Below are positions 51,173 to 62,600 of a DNA stretch of 64,000 nt, one piece after another. Position 1 is the stretch's first letter. Each line of letters starts with the position of its first letter. Both the position numbers and the translations under genes were made by a program. Location of the stretch: NCBI GenBank assembly GCA_032718475.1, contig JAUCBJ010001197.1:1-64000 (forward strand), given 5' to 3'. The stretch comes from Nemertoderma westbladi (taxonomy: Eukaryota > Animalia > Xenacoelomorpha). A model generated the notes under the pieces. That model saw only the letters and a list, made by a program, of their open reading frames with translations. It was not told the DNA's origin and ran no database searches.

Positions 51173-54100
51173 CTATCCGCAATAATTCCCCCCTCCCCTG
51201 GGTATATGTTATGTCCCTGCATGCTGTAGTCATACTGCTGTACTGGTACCGGTATAGGCCTACCAGCTTCTGGCCTACCCGCCGGTATGTATTCCGCGAC
51301 TTCCGGGTTTAATCCCGTTGCCCGCACTATCCTATCCCCTACATTGCCTCTCTCAGTATGGCCTATGGTATGTGCAGTAAGGCCTACAGTATGTCCTACA
51401 GTCTGCATGTGTCGCTCGGGATCGAAGTTTATTCTTCTCGAATAATCCTCCCCGCGGCTACCGTATTCTCGATCGATAGGTGTATTCCGTTGGAAAGTTT
51501 CTCTTCGACCCCCCCTCTCTACTGTTCTCGTCTTCGTACCGGTATATCGCGTACCCCTCCATCGGCGCGTAATGCGCCTCGCCGGGTCGCATCTCTCCGG
51601 GGCGACGGCAATCTCCCGGAGTCCGACCCCACTGATTCTCCGTTCTCATCTCAACTACCGACGGCTCGCTATCCGTCCTCGCTCTTCTATCGTTCGCGGC
51701 GATACCTCTACTACTGTCTTCTCTTCTTCTCCTTTCAGTGGAGTATTCCCGCTCGTGAGATCTCTCGTCGACCTCCCGGTTAAACCCCACTGTTCTTTTT
51801 CCCTCTTCTGATCAGGCTCGACGCTTCGTCCGCCCTCTTACGACGTCAACCTGTCTCTCTCTGCTCGGTCGCACGCCGCTGGGGATACTCGCAATCCCCC
51901 TATTACTTTCCGTCGCCGGTTGTTGCGGTTTACCAATTTCGGCCCGCGCATTATCCGCTGACGGCTGTGGGACACTCTCTGCCCCCCCCCCTTTCGCCGC
52001 TAACTCGCTGTTGTGGGGTTCTCGTAGCCCCCCCCACTCGCACATCTAACTTCGCTACTCCTCACCCCTCTACTATATCCCTCTCCAGTCGACACATCAA
52101 CCCTACCGCGGTCGGGTCTATTCACCCCCGCCTCTCCCTCTGCTATTGCGTGGCCTACCAGGCCCTCTACTCCCTGCCTACCAACTATGTGGCCTACCAG
52201 GCCCTCGCTGGGTCTATTCAACCCAGCCACTCCCTGCCTACCAACTACCTGGCCTACCAGGCCCTCGCTGGGTCTACCTAACCCAGCTACTCCCTGCCTA
52301 CCAACTGTGTGGCCTACCAGGCCCTCGCTGGGTCTATTCAACCCAGCCACTCCCTGCCTACCAACTACGTGACCTACCAGGCCCTCGCTGGGTCTACCTA
52401 ACCCAGCTACTTCCGGCCCACCAACTGTACGACCTACCAGGTCCCCGTCTGTCTGGCTATACACGCCCGACGTGTTTACGTTAATAGCACTCATATTGGA
52501 AACGGAATTAATTTGTTCGTTCGAAATAAAATCATTTGAATTACTTTGCGCGACTACACTATCTGAATTATTTTGTAAATTCGGGCTCGGATCATTATTT
52601 AAATTATTTGGATTATTTTGTGTAATTGCGTTACTTAAATTATTTTGTAGGTTCGAATTTGGGTTATTATTTTGATTATTTGGATTATTTTGTATAGCTG
52701 CATTAATATTAGAATTATTTTCTACGTTAATATTAGGGTTGTTCTGATTTAAATTTAAATTACTATCACTAGGCAAAGTATTTCCTGCAATAAAGGTTTG
52801 ATTAGAATTATCCCATACGGTACTATTAATATTAACCACGTCTACTGTACCATTATCATTATTACCCCCCCCCCCCCCCCCCCCCGCCCGCACGGTCACA
52901 CCAGTTTTGGGTCTGTCGTGCGGTCCCCGCAAGTGGGGCATTAATAAATGTATCCACGGCCCCCGGCTCCTCAAAAATACTCGAGCCAGCCTCGCTCTCA
53001 GACGCCCCCATCTGCGCCAGTTCCACCTCACGCGTGTGTACAGCTTCATACTCTACGAGTTTGTCTCGCTGTTTCTCCAATTCTTTTCGCTCACGCTCCA
53101 CTTTTGCTATTTTATCCATAGCCTCCCGTTCGCTCTGCTCGGCCAATTCCATCTCTCTCCTAATCCCCTCCCTTCGCCTCACCTCAAGCTCTCTACGCTC
53201 ACTCTCCTCCCTCGCTTCACGCTCTCTGCGTTCACTTTCCTCCCTCGCCTCACGCTTCTCGCGTTCGCTTTTCTCTCTCGCCACACGCTCCTCTTGTTCC
53301 TTCAACTCTATTTCATCATACTCCCTAAGGCTCCTCACGGCCCTTTCGGCCCTCTCTCTTGTCTCTCTAATCGACGCCATTTCCCTCTCTAGCAGCACTC
53401 TCCCTTCCTCTAGCCGTCTACCTACTTCTCTATTACCTTGCACTGCTAGATTGAGACGGTACCTAGCGTCTATCTCTCTCACCCGTCTTTCTTTCGCGGA
53501 GGATGTAGCAGACTTCTCGGTTGTGAAGGATTCCCTCCGCCTTCTCGATCTACTAACTTTCCCCCTCCTCCCGGAACTCCCTCCGACCGACGAGAACGAA
53601 TCCGCGGGGTCAACCTCGGATTCGCCCTCCTCAGGTCTGTTCCAACCCACTAATTTTATACCCCGGGCATCGATTAAATATGGCCCTATGTACACTACAC
53701 TAGGTTGTATACCCCCATGCCGCCATGAGTCATACAGTTCCTCGGCAACCCTTCTCGCTCTCTCCTCGGCCAATTCTCTCTGCCCGAAACGCATTAGATA
53801 GTATAAATGTCTGTCCGACTTACCTAGTCCTGACTTCAGTTTTACCTCGTCTATCGTTTTCCCCTTTCTGGCCTCCTCTAGTAGTCTCCGGGTCGCGTTG
53901 TAGGCCCGTCGAAGTCGATCAGAGACCCCGACGTCCTCGTCGCCGACCTCTCCTCCATCTCTCCGGGTTCGACGTCGTACCGGCGGCCCCACCGTCGCCG
54001 TTCCGGTGGGCCGTCCGTCGCCCTCGGCCTGTGCCTGGCCGGCGACATCGGTATCGACATCTCCGACGTCTCTCCGGGTCCGGCGTCGTACCGTCGGCCC

Positions 54101-54412
54101 CACCGTCGCCGTCTCGGTGGGCCGTTCGTCGCTCTCGGCCTGTGGCTGGCCCGCGACATCGGCACGTCGACCCTCGTTCCGTGTCGACTCGTCTCTTTCT
54201 CCCTCGAGCTCGTTCTCTCTATCCTCCGACTCGACTCCCCTTCCTCTTGACTCGGCTTCTGACTCCAGACGGCCCCCCTCATCTTGAATCTCCGGTTCGC
54301 CCGTTACCGATGGCTCCGGCGTCGTGGGCCTGTATCGCCTGGTTGCGGCCTCGCGGATCGTTAGCTCTTCGTCCGGGGTCCGCGTCGGTGTTGTCTCACC
54401 CGACTGACTCAT
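51058..54412 (-). pseudogene. Long N-terminal extension of gag-pol (coiled coil, Asn-rich and repeat regions), broken by frameshifts at G homopolymers and one TGA
   Basis: ATG at 54412, 65 nt after the 5' LTR. The ORF-track pieces 54412-52862, 53049-52000, 52045-51812, 51790-51458 and 51408-51058 chain into 51172-45773 through shifts at C-runs 52865-52885, 52028-52035, 51509-51515 and 51105-51121, plus an in-frame TGA at 51812-51814. Confidence 0.65.
52149..52441 (-). repeat. 60-bp coding tandem repeat (20-aa unit GRQGVAGLNRPSEGLVGHxV), ~5 copies
   Basis: cctaccaggccctcgctgggtcta recurs every 60 bp. Confidence 0.9.
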
Positions 54413-54477
54413 CTCTCTTTATCTCTAGATTGGTCGCTGAGTTTAGTTAGCTAGGGCGGCAGCTCTGATTTAGTTAC

Positions 54478-55026
54478 TGTGACGGGATCCAGATGAGATC
54501 CCGGTTTATCCGTTTGTTAGTTCACTCGTCCCCGCCGTGTATGAAAGATAAAGGAGTTTGTGCTGTTCGTCGTATATAATATTTGGGTATACAGATATAG
54601 ATATAGGTATAGATATGAGATAATATGGTTGTTGTATACGGAAGGCGGGATACGGTAACTAAAGTCCCGGTCCTTCCCTAGCTAAACTATCTAACCTAAA
54701 CTAGCACCAATATTGCACTGAGATTACTGAACTGATATGATTACTGCCAAGTGGCTATATTGCACGGTTGGCCTTGTTACTCTACCTAATCGATGCCTTT
54801 CCCCCCTCTGATTGGTTGATACCCTTGTTGGCGCCCTTTGGAGTGTTCCCGTTCACTCCACCTGTTCTCTCTGGGTTAGGGGTTTGGCCCCTGACCCTCA
54901 TTGTGTGCTTCTCCTTCCCATTCTTATTGGGGTGGCACGAGTTGGTTGATTACCCAATCTCATGGCTCCCAATATTGCTTATCGGCTTAACTTTATGGGG
55001 TGTTAGCGGGATTGAATAAGCTAACA
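54478..55026 (-). repeat. 5' LTR (549 bp)
   Basis: Near-identical to 40805-41353. Confidence 0.96.
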
Positions 55027-58000
55027 CCAATCGTGTTGGAAAACTATTCCACATAAAATCTAAAGTCAATCATGTTGGAAAACTACTCCACATAAAATCT
55101 AAAGTCACCCAATCGTGTTGGAAAACTATTCCACATAAAATCTAAAGTCACCCAATCGTGTTGGAAAACTATTCCACATAAAATCTAAAGTCACCCAATC
55201 GTGTTGGAAAATTACTCCACATAAAATCTAAAGTCACCCAATCGTGTTGGAAAACTATTCCACATAAAATCTAAAGTCAATCATGTTGGAAAACTACTCC
55301 ACATAAAATCTAAAGTCACCCAATCGTGTTAGAAAACTATTCCACATAAAATCTAAAGTCACCCAATCGTGTTGGAAAACTATTCCACATAAAATCTAAA
55401 GTCACCCAATCGTGTTGGAAAACTACTCCACATAAAATCTAAAGTCACCCAATCATGTTGGAAAACTACTCCACATAAAATCCAAAGTCACCCAATCGTG
55501 TTGGAAAACTACTCCACATAAAATCCAAACTCACCCAATCGTGTTGGAAAACTACTCCACATAAAATCTAAAGTCACCCAATCGTGTTGGAAAACTACTC
55601 CACATAAAATCTAAAGTCACCCAATCGTGTTGGAAAACTACTCCACATAAAATCCAAAGTCACCCAATCGTGTTGGAAAACTATTCCACATAAAATCTAA
55701 AGTCACCCAATCGTGTTGGAAAACTACTCCACATAAAATCTAAAGTCACCCAATCGTGTTGGAAAACTATTCCACATAAAATCTAAAGTCAATCATGTTG
55801 GAAAACTACTCCACATAAAATCTAAAGTCACCCAATCGTGTTGGAAAACTACTGCACATAAAATCTAAAGTCACCCAATCGTGTTGGAAAACTACTCCAC
55901 ATAAAATCTAAAGTCACCCAATCGTGTTGGAAAACTACTCCACATAAAATCTAAAGTCACCCAATCGTGTTGGAAAACTACTCCACATAAAATCTAAAGT
56001 CACCCAATCGTGTTGGAAAACTATTACACATAAAATCTAAAGTCACCCAATCGTGTTGGAAAACTATTCCACATAAAATCTAAAGTCACCCAATCGTGTT
56101 GGAAAACTACTCCACATAAAATCTAAAGTCACCCAATCGTGTTGGAAAACTATTACACATAAAATCTAAAGTCACCCAATCGTGTTGGAAAACTACTCCA
56201 CATAAAATCTAAAGTCACCCAATCGTGTTGGAAAACTACTCCACATAAAATCTAAAGTCACCCAATCGTGTTGGAAAACTACTCCACATAAAATCTAAAG
56301 TCACCCAATCGTGTTGGAAAACTATCCCACATAAAATCTAAAGTCACCCAATCGTGTTGGAAAACTACTCCACATAAAATCTAAAGTCACCCAATCGTGT
56401 TGGAAAACTATTACACATAAAATCTAAAGTCAATCATGTTGGAAAACTACTCCACATAAAATCTAAAGTCACCCAATCGTGTTGGAAAACTATTCCACAT
56501 AAAATCTAAAGTCACCCAATCGTGTTGGAAAACTATTCCACATAAAATCTAAAGTCACCCAATCGTGTTGGAAAACTACTCCACATAAAATCTAAAGTCA
56601 CCCAATCGTGTTGGAAAACTATTCCACATAAAATCTAAAGTCACCCAATCGTGTTGGAAAACTACTCCTCATAAAATCTAAAGTCACCCAATCGTGTTGG
56701 AAAACTATTCCACATAAAATCTAAAGTCACCCAATCGTGTTGGAAAATTACTCCACATAAAATCTAAAGTCACCCAATCGTGTTGGAAAACTATTCCACA
56801 TAAAATCTAAAGTCAATCATGTTGGAAAACTACTCCACATAAAATCTAAAGTCACCCAATCGTGTTAGAAAACTATTCCACATAAAATCTAAAGTCACCC
56901 AATCGTGTTGGAAAACTATTCCACATAAAATCTAAAGTCACCCAATCGTGTTGGAAAACTACTCCACATAAAATCTAAAGTCACCCAATCATGTTGGAAA
57001 ACTACTCCACATAAAATCCAAAGTCACCCAATCGTGTTGGAAAACTACTCCACATAAAATCCAAACTCACCCAATCGTGTTGGAAAACTACTCCACATAA
57101 AATCTAAAGTCACCCAATCGTGTTGGAAAACTACTCCACATAAAATCTAAAGTCACCCAATCGTGTTGGAAAACTACTCCACATAAAATCCAAAGTCACC
57201 CAATCGTGTTGGAAAACTATTCCACATAAAATCTAAAGTCACCCAATCGTGTTGGAAAACTACTCCACATAAAATCTAAAGTCACCCAATCGTGTTGGAA
57301 AACTATTCCACATAAAATCTAAAGTCAATCATGTTGGAAAACTACTCCACATAAAATCTAAAGTCACCCAATCGTGTTGGAAAACTACTGCACATAAAAT
57401 CTAAAGTCACCCAATCGTGTTGGAAAACTACTCCACATAAAATCTAAAGTCACCCAATCGTGTTGGAAAACTACTCCACATAAAATCTAAAGTCACCCAA
57501 TCGTGTTGGAAAACTACTCCACATAAAATCTAAAGTCACCCAATCGTGTTGGAAAACTATTACACATAAAATCTAAAGTCACCCAATCGTGTTGGAAAAC
57601 TATTCCACATAAAATCTAAAGTCACCCAATCGTGTTGGAAAACTACTCCACATAAAATCTAAAGTCACCCAATCGTGTTGGAAAACTATTACACATAAAA
57701 TCTAAAGTCACCCAATCGTGTTGGAAAACTACTCCACATAAAATCTAAAGTCACCCATCGTGTTGGAAAACTACTCCACATAAAATCTAAAGTCACCCAA
57801 TCGTGTTGGAAAACTACTCCACATAAAATCTAAAGTCACCCAATCGTGTTGGAAAACTATCCCACATAAAATCTAAAGTCACCCAATCGTGTTGGAAAAC
57901 TACTCCACATAAAATCTAAAGTCACCCAATCGTGTTGGAAAACTATTACACATAAAATCTAAAGTCAATCATGTTGGAAAACTACTCCACATAAAATCTA

Positions 58001-59033
58001 AAGTCACCCAATCGTGTTGGAAAACTATTCCACATAAAATCTAAAGTCACCCAATCGTGTTGGAAAACTATTCCACATAAAATCTAAAGTCACCCAATCG
58101 TGTTGGAAAACTACTCCACATAAAATCTAAAGTCACCCAATCGTGTTGGAAAACTATTCCACATAAAATCTAAAGTCACCCAATCGTGTTGGAAAACTAC
58201 TCCTCATAAAATCTAAAGTCACCCAATCGTGTTGGAAAACTATTCCACATAAAATCTAAAGTCACCCAATCGTGTTGGAAAACTACTCCACATAAAATCT
58301 AAAGTCACCCAATCGTGTTGGAAAACTACTCCTCATAAAATCTAAAGTCACCCAATCGTGTTGGAAAACTATTCCACATAAAATCTAAAGTCACCCAATC
58401 GTGTTGGAAAACTATTCCACATAAAATCTAAAGTCACCCAATCGTGTTGGAAAACTATTCCACATAAAATCTAAAGTCACCCAATCGTGTTGGAAAACTA
58501 CTCCACATAAAATCTAAAGTCACCCAATCGTGTTGGAAAACTACTCCACATAAAATCTAAAGTCACCCAATCGTGTTGGAAAACTACTCCACATAAAATC
58601 TAAAGTCACCCAATCGTGTTGGAAAACTACTCCACATAAAATCTAAAGTCACCCAATCGTGTTGGAAAACTACTCCACATAAAATCTAAAGTCACCCAAT
58701 CGTGTTGGAAAACTACTCCACATAAAATCTAAAGTCACCCAATCGTGTTGGAAAACTATTCCACATAAAATCTAAAGTCACCCAATCGTGTTGGAAAACT
58801 ATTCCACATAAAATCTAAAGTCACCCAATCGTGTTGGAAAACTACTCCACATAAAATCTAAAGTTACCCAATCGTGTTGGAAAACTACTCCACATAAAAT
58901 CCAAAGTCACCCAATCGTGTTGGAAAACTACTCCACATAAAATCCAAAGACACCCAATCGTGTTGGAAAACTACTCCACATAAAATCTAAAGTCACCCAA
59001 TCGTGTTGGAAAACTATTCCACATAAAATCCAA
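55027..59033. repeat. 43-bp satellite, block 2, with a 1536-bp tandem duplication
   Basis: Resumes in phase after the TSD. Rare variants (aaaattact at 55211 and 56747; gttagaaaa at 55331 and 56867) are both 1536 bp apart. Confidence 0.96.
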
Positions 59034-59187
59034 CATGAAGATCCATGCTAAAGGCTTTGCTCACTTCGTGCTGCGCGAAGGCCCCACGAACTTGTGTCTA
59101 CCTTTGTCTACCATTGTCGACATTGTCTACCTTTGACTCATTTACATTTATTCAATATTTAGTGTACACTTTTTTTTACAATTTTAG

Positions 59188-59351
59188 GCGAAACAAGTCA
59201 ATGATAATTTATTGGCTATTCAACCGGGATTCAAAGGCGGTCTTTTGGACGGTATCAAACAGTTTCAGACAGATTTACACGATTATGTTGGGGTCTATAA
59301 AAGTCGTGGACCAATGGAAGCAGGAATTAAACCTAGAGAAGCTTCTGATAG
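59188..59351 (+). CDS. DNAH5: Internal exon C of the same dynein heavy chain
   Basis: Acceptor tttttttacaattttag|, phase 0 matching exon B; donor ag|gtgggt. Encodes AKQVNDNLLAIQPGFKGGLLDGIKQFQTDLHDYVGVYKSRGPMEAGIKPREASD(R), matching DNAH5 ..QP.FK..L...GPM..G.KP.EASDR and continuing directly from exon B. Confidence 0.88.
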
Positions 59352-59616
59352 GTGGGTGAATGTGGTCCCTTCAATGATTAATACATTTTCCTAATATATT
59401 ATCTTCTTGTTATCTATTCTGTATTTATGTTCAGTTTAACTTAATTGTTTGCTGCAATAATAATAAGATCAACATAACAGCTGTCTGCGGGATTCGTGTG
59501 AAATTTGTTGCGTTTCAAATTAAAGATGGAATAAGTTGTGATGAACAGATGAACACAATGAACGCAATTTGCATACAAATTGCATTTGAATGTCAATTGC
59601 ATTGTGGCACACACAA

Positions 59617-62600
59617 GATGACCCCAAATAGATGACCCAAACCAGATGACCCAAACTAGATGACACAAATTAGATGGCCCAAACTAGATGACCCAAATTA
59701 GATGGCCCAAACTAGATAACCCAAACTAGATGACCCAAACTAGATGACCCAAACTAGATGACCCAAACTAGATAACCCAAACTAGATGACCCAAACTAGA
59801 TAACCCAAACTAGATGACCTAAATTAGATAACCCAAACTAGATGACCCAAACTATATGACCCAAATTAGATGACCCAAACTAGATGACCCAAACTAGATG
59901 ACCCAAACTATATGACCCAAACTAGATGACCCAAACCAGATGACCCAAACTAGATGACCCAAACTAGATGACCCAAACTAGATGACCCAAACTAGATGAC
60001 ACAAATTATATGACCCAAACTAGATGACCCAAACCAGATGACCCAAACTAGATGACCCAAACTAGATGACCCAAACTAGATGACACAAATTATATGACCC
60101 AAACTAGATAACCCAAACCAGATGACCCAAACTAGATAACCCAAATTAGATGGCCCAAACTAGATGACCCAAACTAGATGACCTAAACTAGATGACCCAA
60201 ACTAGATGACACAAATTATATGGCCCAAACTAGATAACCCAAACTATATGACCCAAACTAGATGACCCAAACCAGATGACCCAAACTAGATGACCCAAAC
60301 TAGATGACCCAAACTAGATGACACAAATTATATGACCCAAACTAGATAACCCAAACTAGATGACCCAAATTAGATGACCCAAACTAGATGACCCAAACTA
60401 GATGACCCAAACTATATGACCCAAACTAGATGACCCAAACCAGATGACCCAAACTAGATGACCCAAACTAGATGACCCAAACTAGATGACACAAATTATA
60501 TGACCCAAACTAGATGACCCTAACCAGATGACCCAAACTAGATGACCCAAACTAGATGACCCAAACTAGATGACACAAATTATATGACCCAAACTAGATA
60601 ACCCAAACCAGATGACCCAAACTAGATAACCCAAATTAGATGGCCCAAACTAGATGACCCAAACTAGATGACCTAAACTAGATGACCCAAACTAGATGAC
60701 ACAAATTATATGGCCCAAACTAGATAACCCAAACTAGGTGACCCAAACTAGATGACCCAAACTAGATGACACAAATTATATGACCCAAACTAGATAACCC
60801 AAACTAGATGACCCAAATTAGATGACCCAAACCAGATGACCCAAACTAGATGACCCAAACTAGATGACCCAAACTAGATGACACAAATTATATGACCCAA
60901 ACTAGATAACCCAAACTAGATGACCCAAACTAGATGACACAAATTATATGACCCAAACTAGATGACCCAAACCAGATGACCCAAACTAGATGACCCAAAC
61001 TAGATGACCCAAACTAGATGACACAAATTATATGACCCAAACTAGATAACCCAAACTAGATGACCCAAACTAGATGACACAAATTATATGACCCAAACTA
61101 GATAACCCAAACTAGATGACACAAATTATATGACCCAAACTAGATAACCCAAACTAGATGACCCAAATTAGATGACCCAAACCAGATGACCCAAACTAGA
61201 TGACCCAAACTAGATGACCCAAACTAGATGACACAAATTATATGACCCAAACTAGATAACCCAAACTAGATGACCCAAACTAGATGACACAAATTATATG
61301 ACCCAAACTAGATGACCCAAACCAGATGACCCAAACTAGATGACACAAATTATATGACCCAAACTAGATAACCCAAACTAGATGACCCAAACTAGATGAC
61401 ACAAATTATATGACCCAAACTAGATGACCCAAACCAGATGACCCAAACTAGATGACCCAAACTAGATGACCCAAACTAGATGACCCAAATTATATGACCC
61501 AAACTAGATAACCCAAACTAGATGACACAAATTATATGACCCAAACTAGATAACCCAAACTAGATGACCCAAATTAGATGACCCAAACTAGATGACACAA
61601 ATTATATGACCCAAACTAGATAACCCAAACTAGATGACCCAAACTAGATGACACAAATTATATGACCCAAACTAGATAACCCAAACTAGATGGCCCAAAC
61701 TAGATGACCCAAACTAGATGACCCAAACCAGATGACCCAAACTAGATGACCCAAACTAGATGACCCAAACTAGATGACACAAATTATATGACCCAAACTA
61801 GATAACCCAAACTAGATGACCCAAATTAGATGACCCAAACCAGATGACCCAAACTAGATGACCCAAACTAGATGACCCAAACTAGATGACACAAATTATA
61901 TGACCCAAACTAGATAACCCAAACTAGATGACCCAAACTAGATGACACAAATTATATGACCCAAACTAGATGACCCAAACCAGATGACCCAAACTAGATG
62001 ACCCAAACTAGATGACCCAAACTAGATGACACAAATTATATGACCCAAACTAGATAACCCAAACTAGATGACCCAAACTAGATGACACAAATTATATGAC
62101 CCAAACTAGATAACCCAAACTAGATGACCCAAATTAGATGACCCAAACTAGATGACACAAATTATATGACCCAAACTAGATAACCCAAACTAGATGACCC
62201 AAACTAGATGACACAAATTATATGACCCAAACTAGATAACCCAAACTAGATGACCCAAACTAGATGACCCAAACTAGATGACACAAATTATATGACCCAA
62301 ACTAGATAACCCAAACTAGATGACCCAAACTAGATGACACAAATTATATGACCCAAACTAGATAACCCAAACTAGATGACCCAAACTAGATGACCCAAAC
62401 TAGATGACCCAAACTAGATGACCTAAACTAGATGACCCCAAATATATGACCCAAACCAGATGACCCAAACTAGATAACCCAAACTAGATGACCCAAACTA
62501 GGTGACCCAAATTAGATGGCCCAAACTAGATGACCCAAACTAGATGACCCAAACTAGATGACCCAAATTAGATGGCCCAAATTAGATGACCCAAACTAGA

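Larger units (their letters stand above)
40805..55026 (-). mobile_element. Full-length BEL/Pao LTR retrotransposon (14,222 bp)
   Basis: Two 549-bp TG...CA LTRs, 5-bp TSD ccaat (40800-40804 and 55027-55031), a PPT, and a gag-PR-RT-RH-IN polyprotein with BEL/Pao domain order. Confidence 0.96.
5167..59187 (+). other. Giant (54,021 bp) GT-AG intron of the dynein gene
   Basis: Bounded by GTAAGT and TTTTAG. The flanking exons join in frame with no apparent gap in the protein. Confidence 0.83.

Noticed and set aside
54431-54441. tggtcgctgag as a tRNA PBS
   Set aside because: It is on the + strand, opposite to the element's coding direction, and not adjacent to an LTR end.
7305-54450. Antisense and alternative-frame ORFs overlapping the RTE, CRE and BEL/Pao coding regions
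   Set aside because: Shadow ORFs of long GC-rich coding frames with no independent motifs.
22296-59033. CRISPR-like regular repeats
   Set aside because: Head-to-tail monomers with no unique spacers, no cas genes and a eukaryotic context.
5167-59187. Recursive splice (ratchet) sites in the giant intron
   Set aside because: I saw no convincing polypyrimidine-AG|GT site by eye; a systematic scan and nascent RNA-seq would be needed.
59045-59668. ORFs 59045-59359, 59212-59394 and 59441-59668 as standalone genes
   Set aside because: 59212-59394 is dynein exon C read on into the intron; the other two are alternative-frame or AT-rich chance ORFs.
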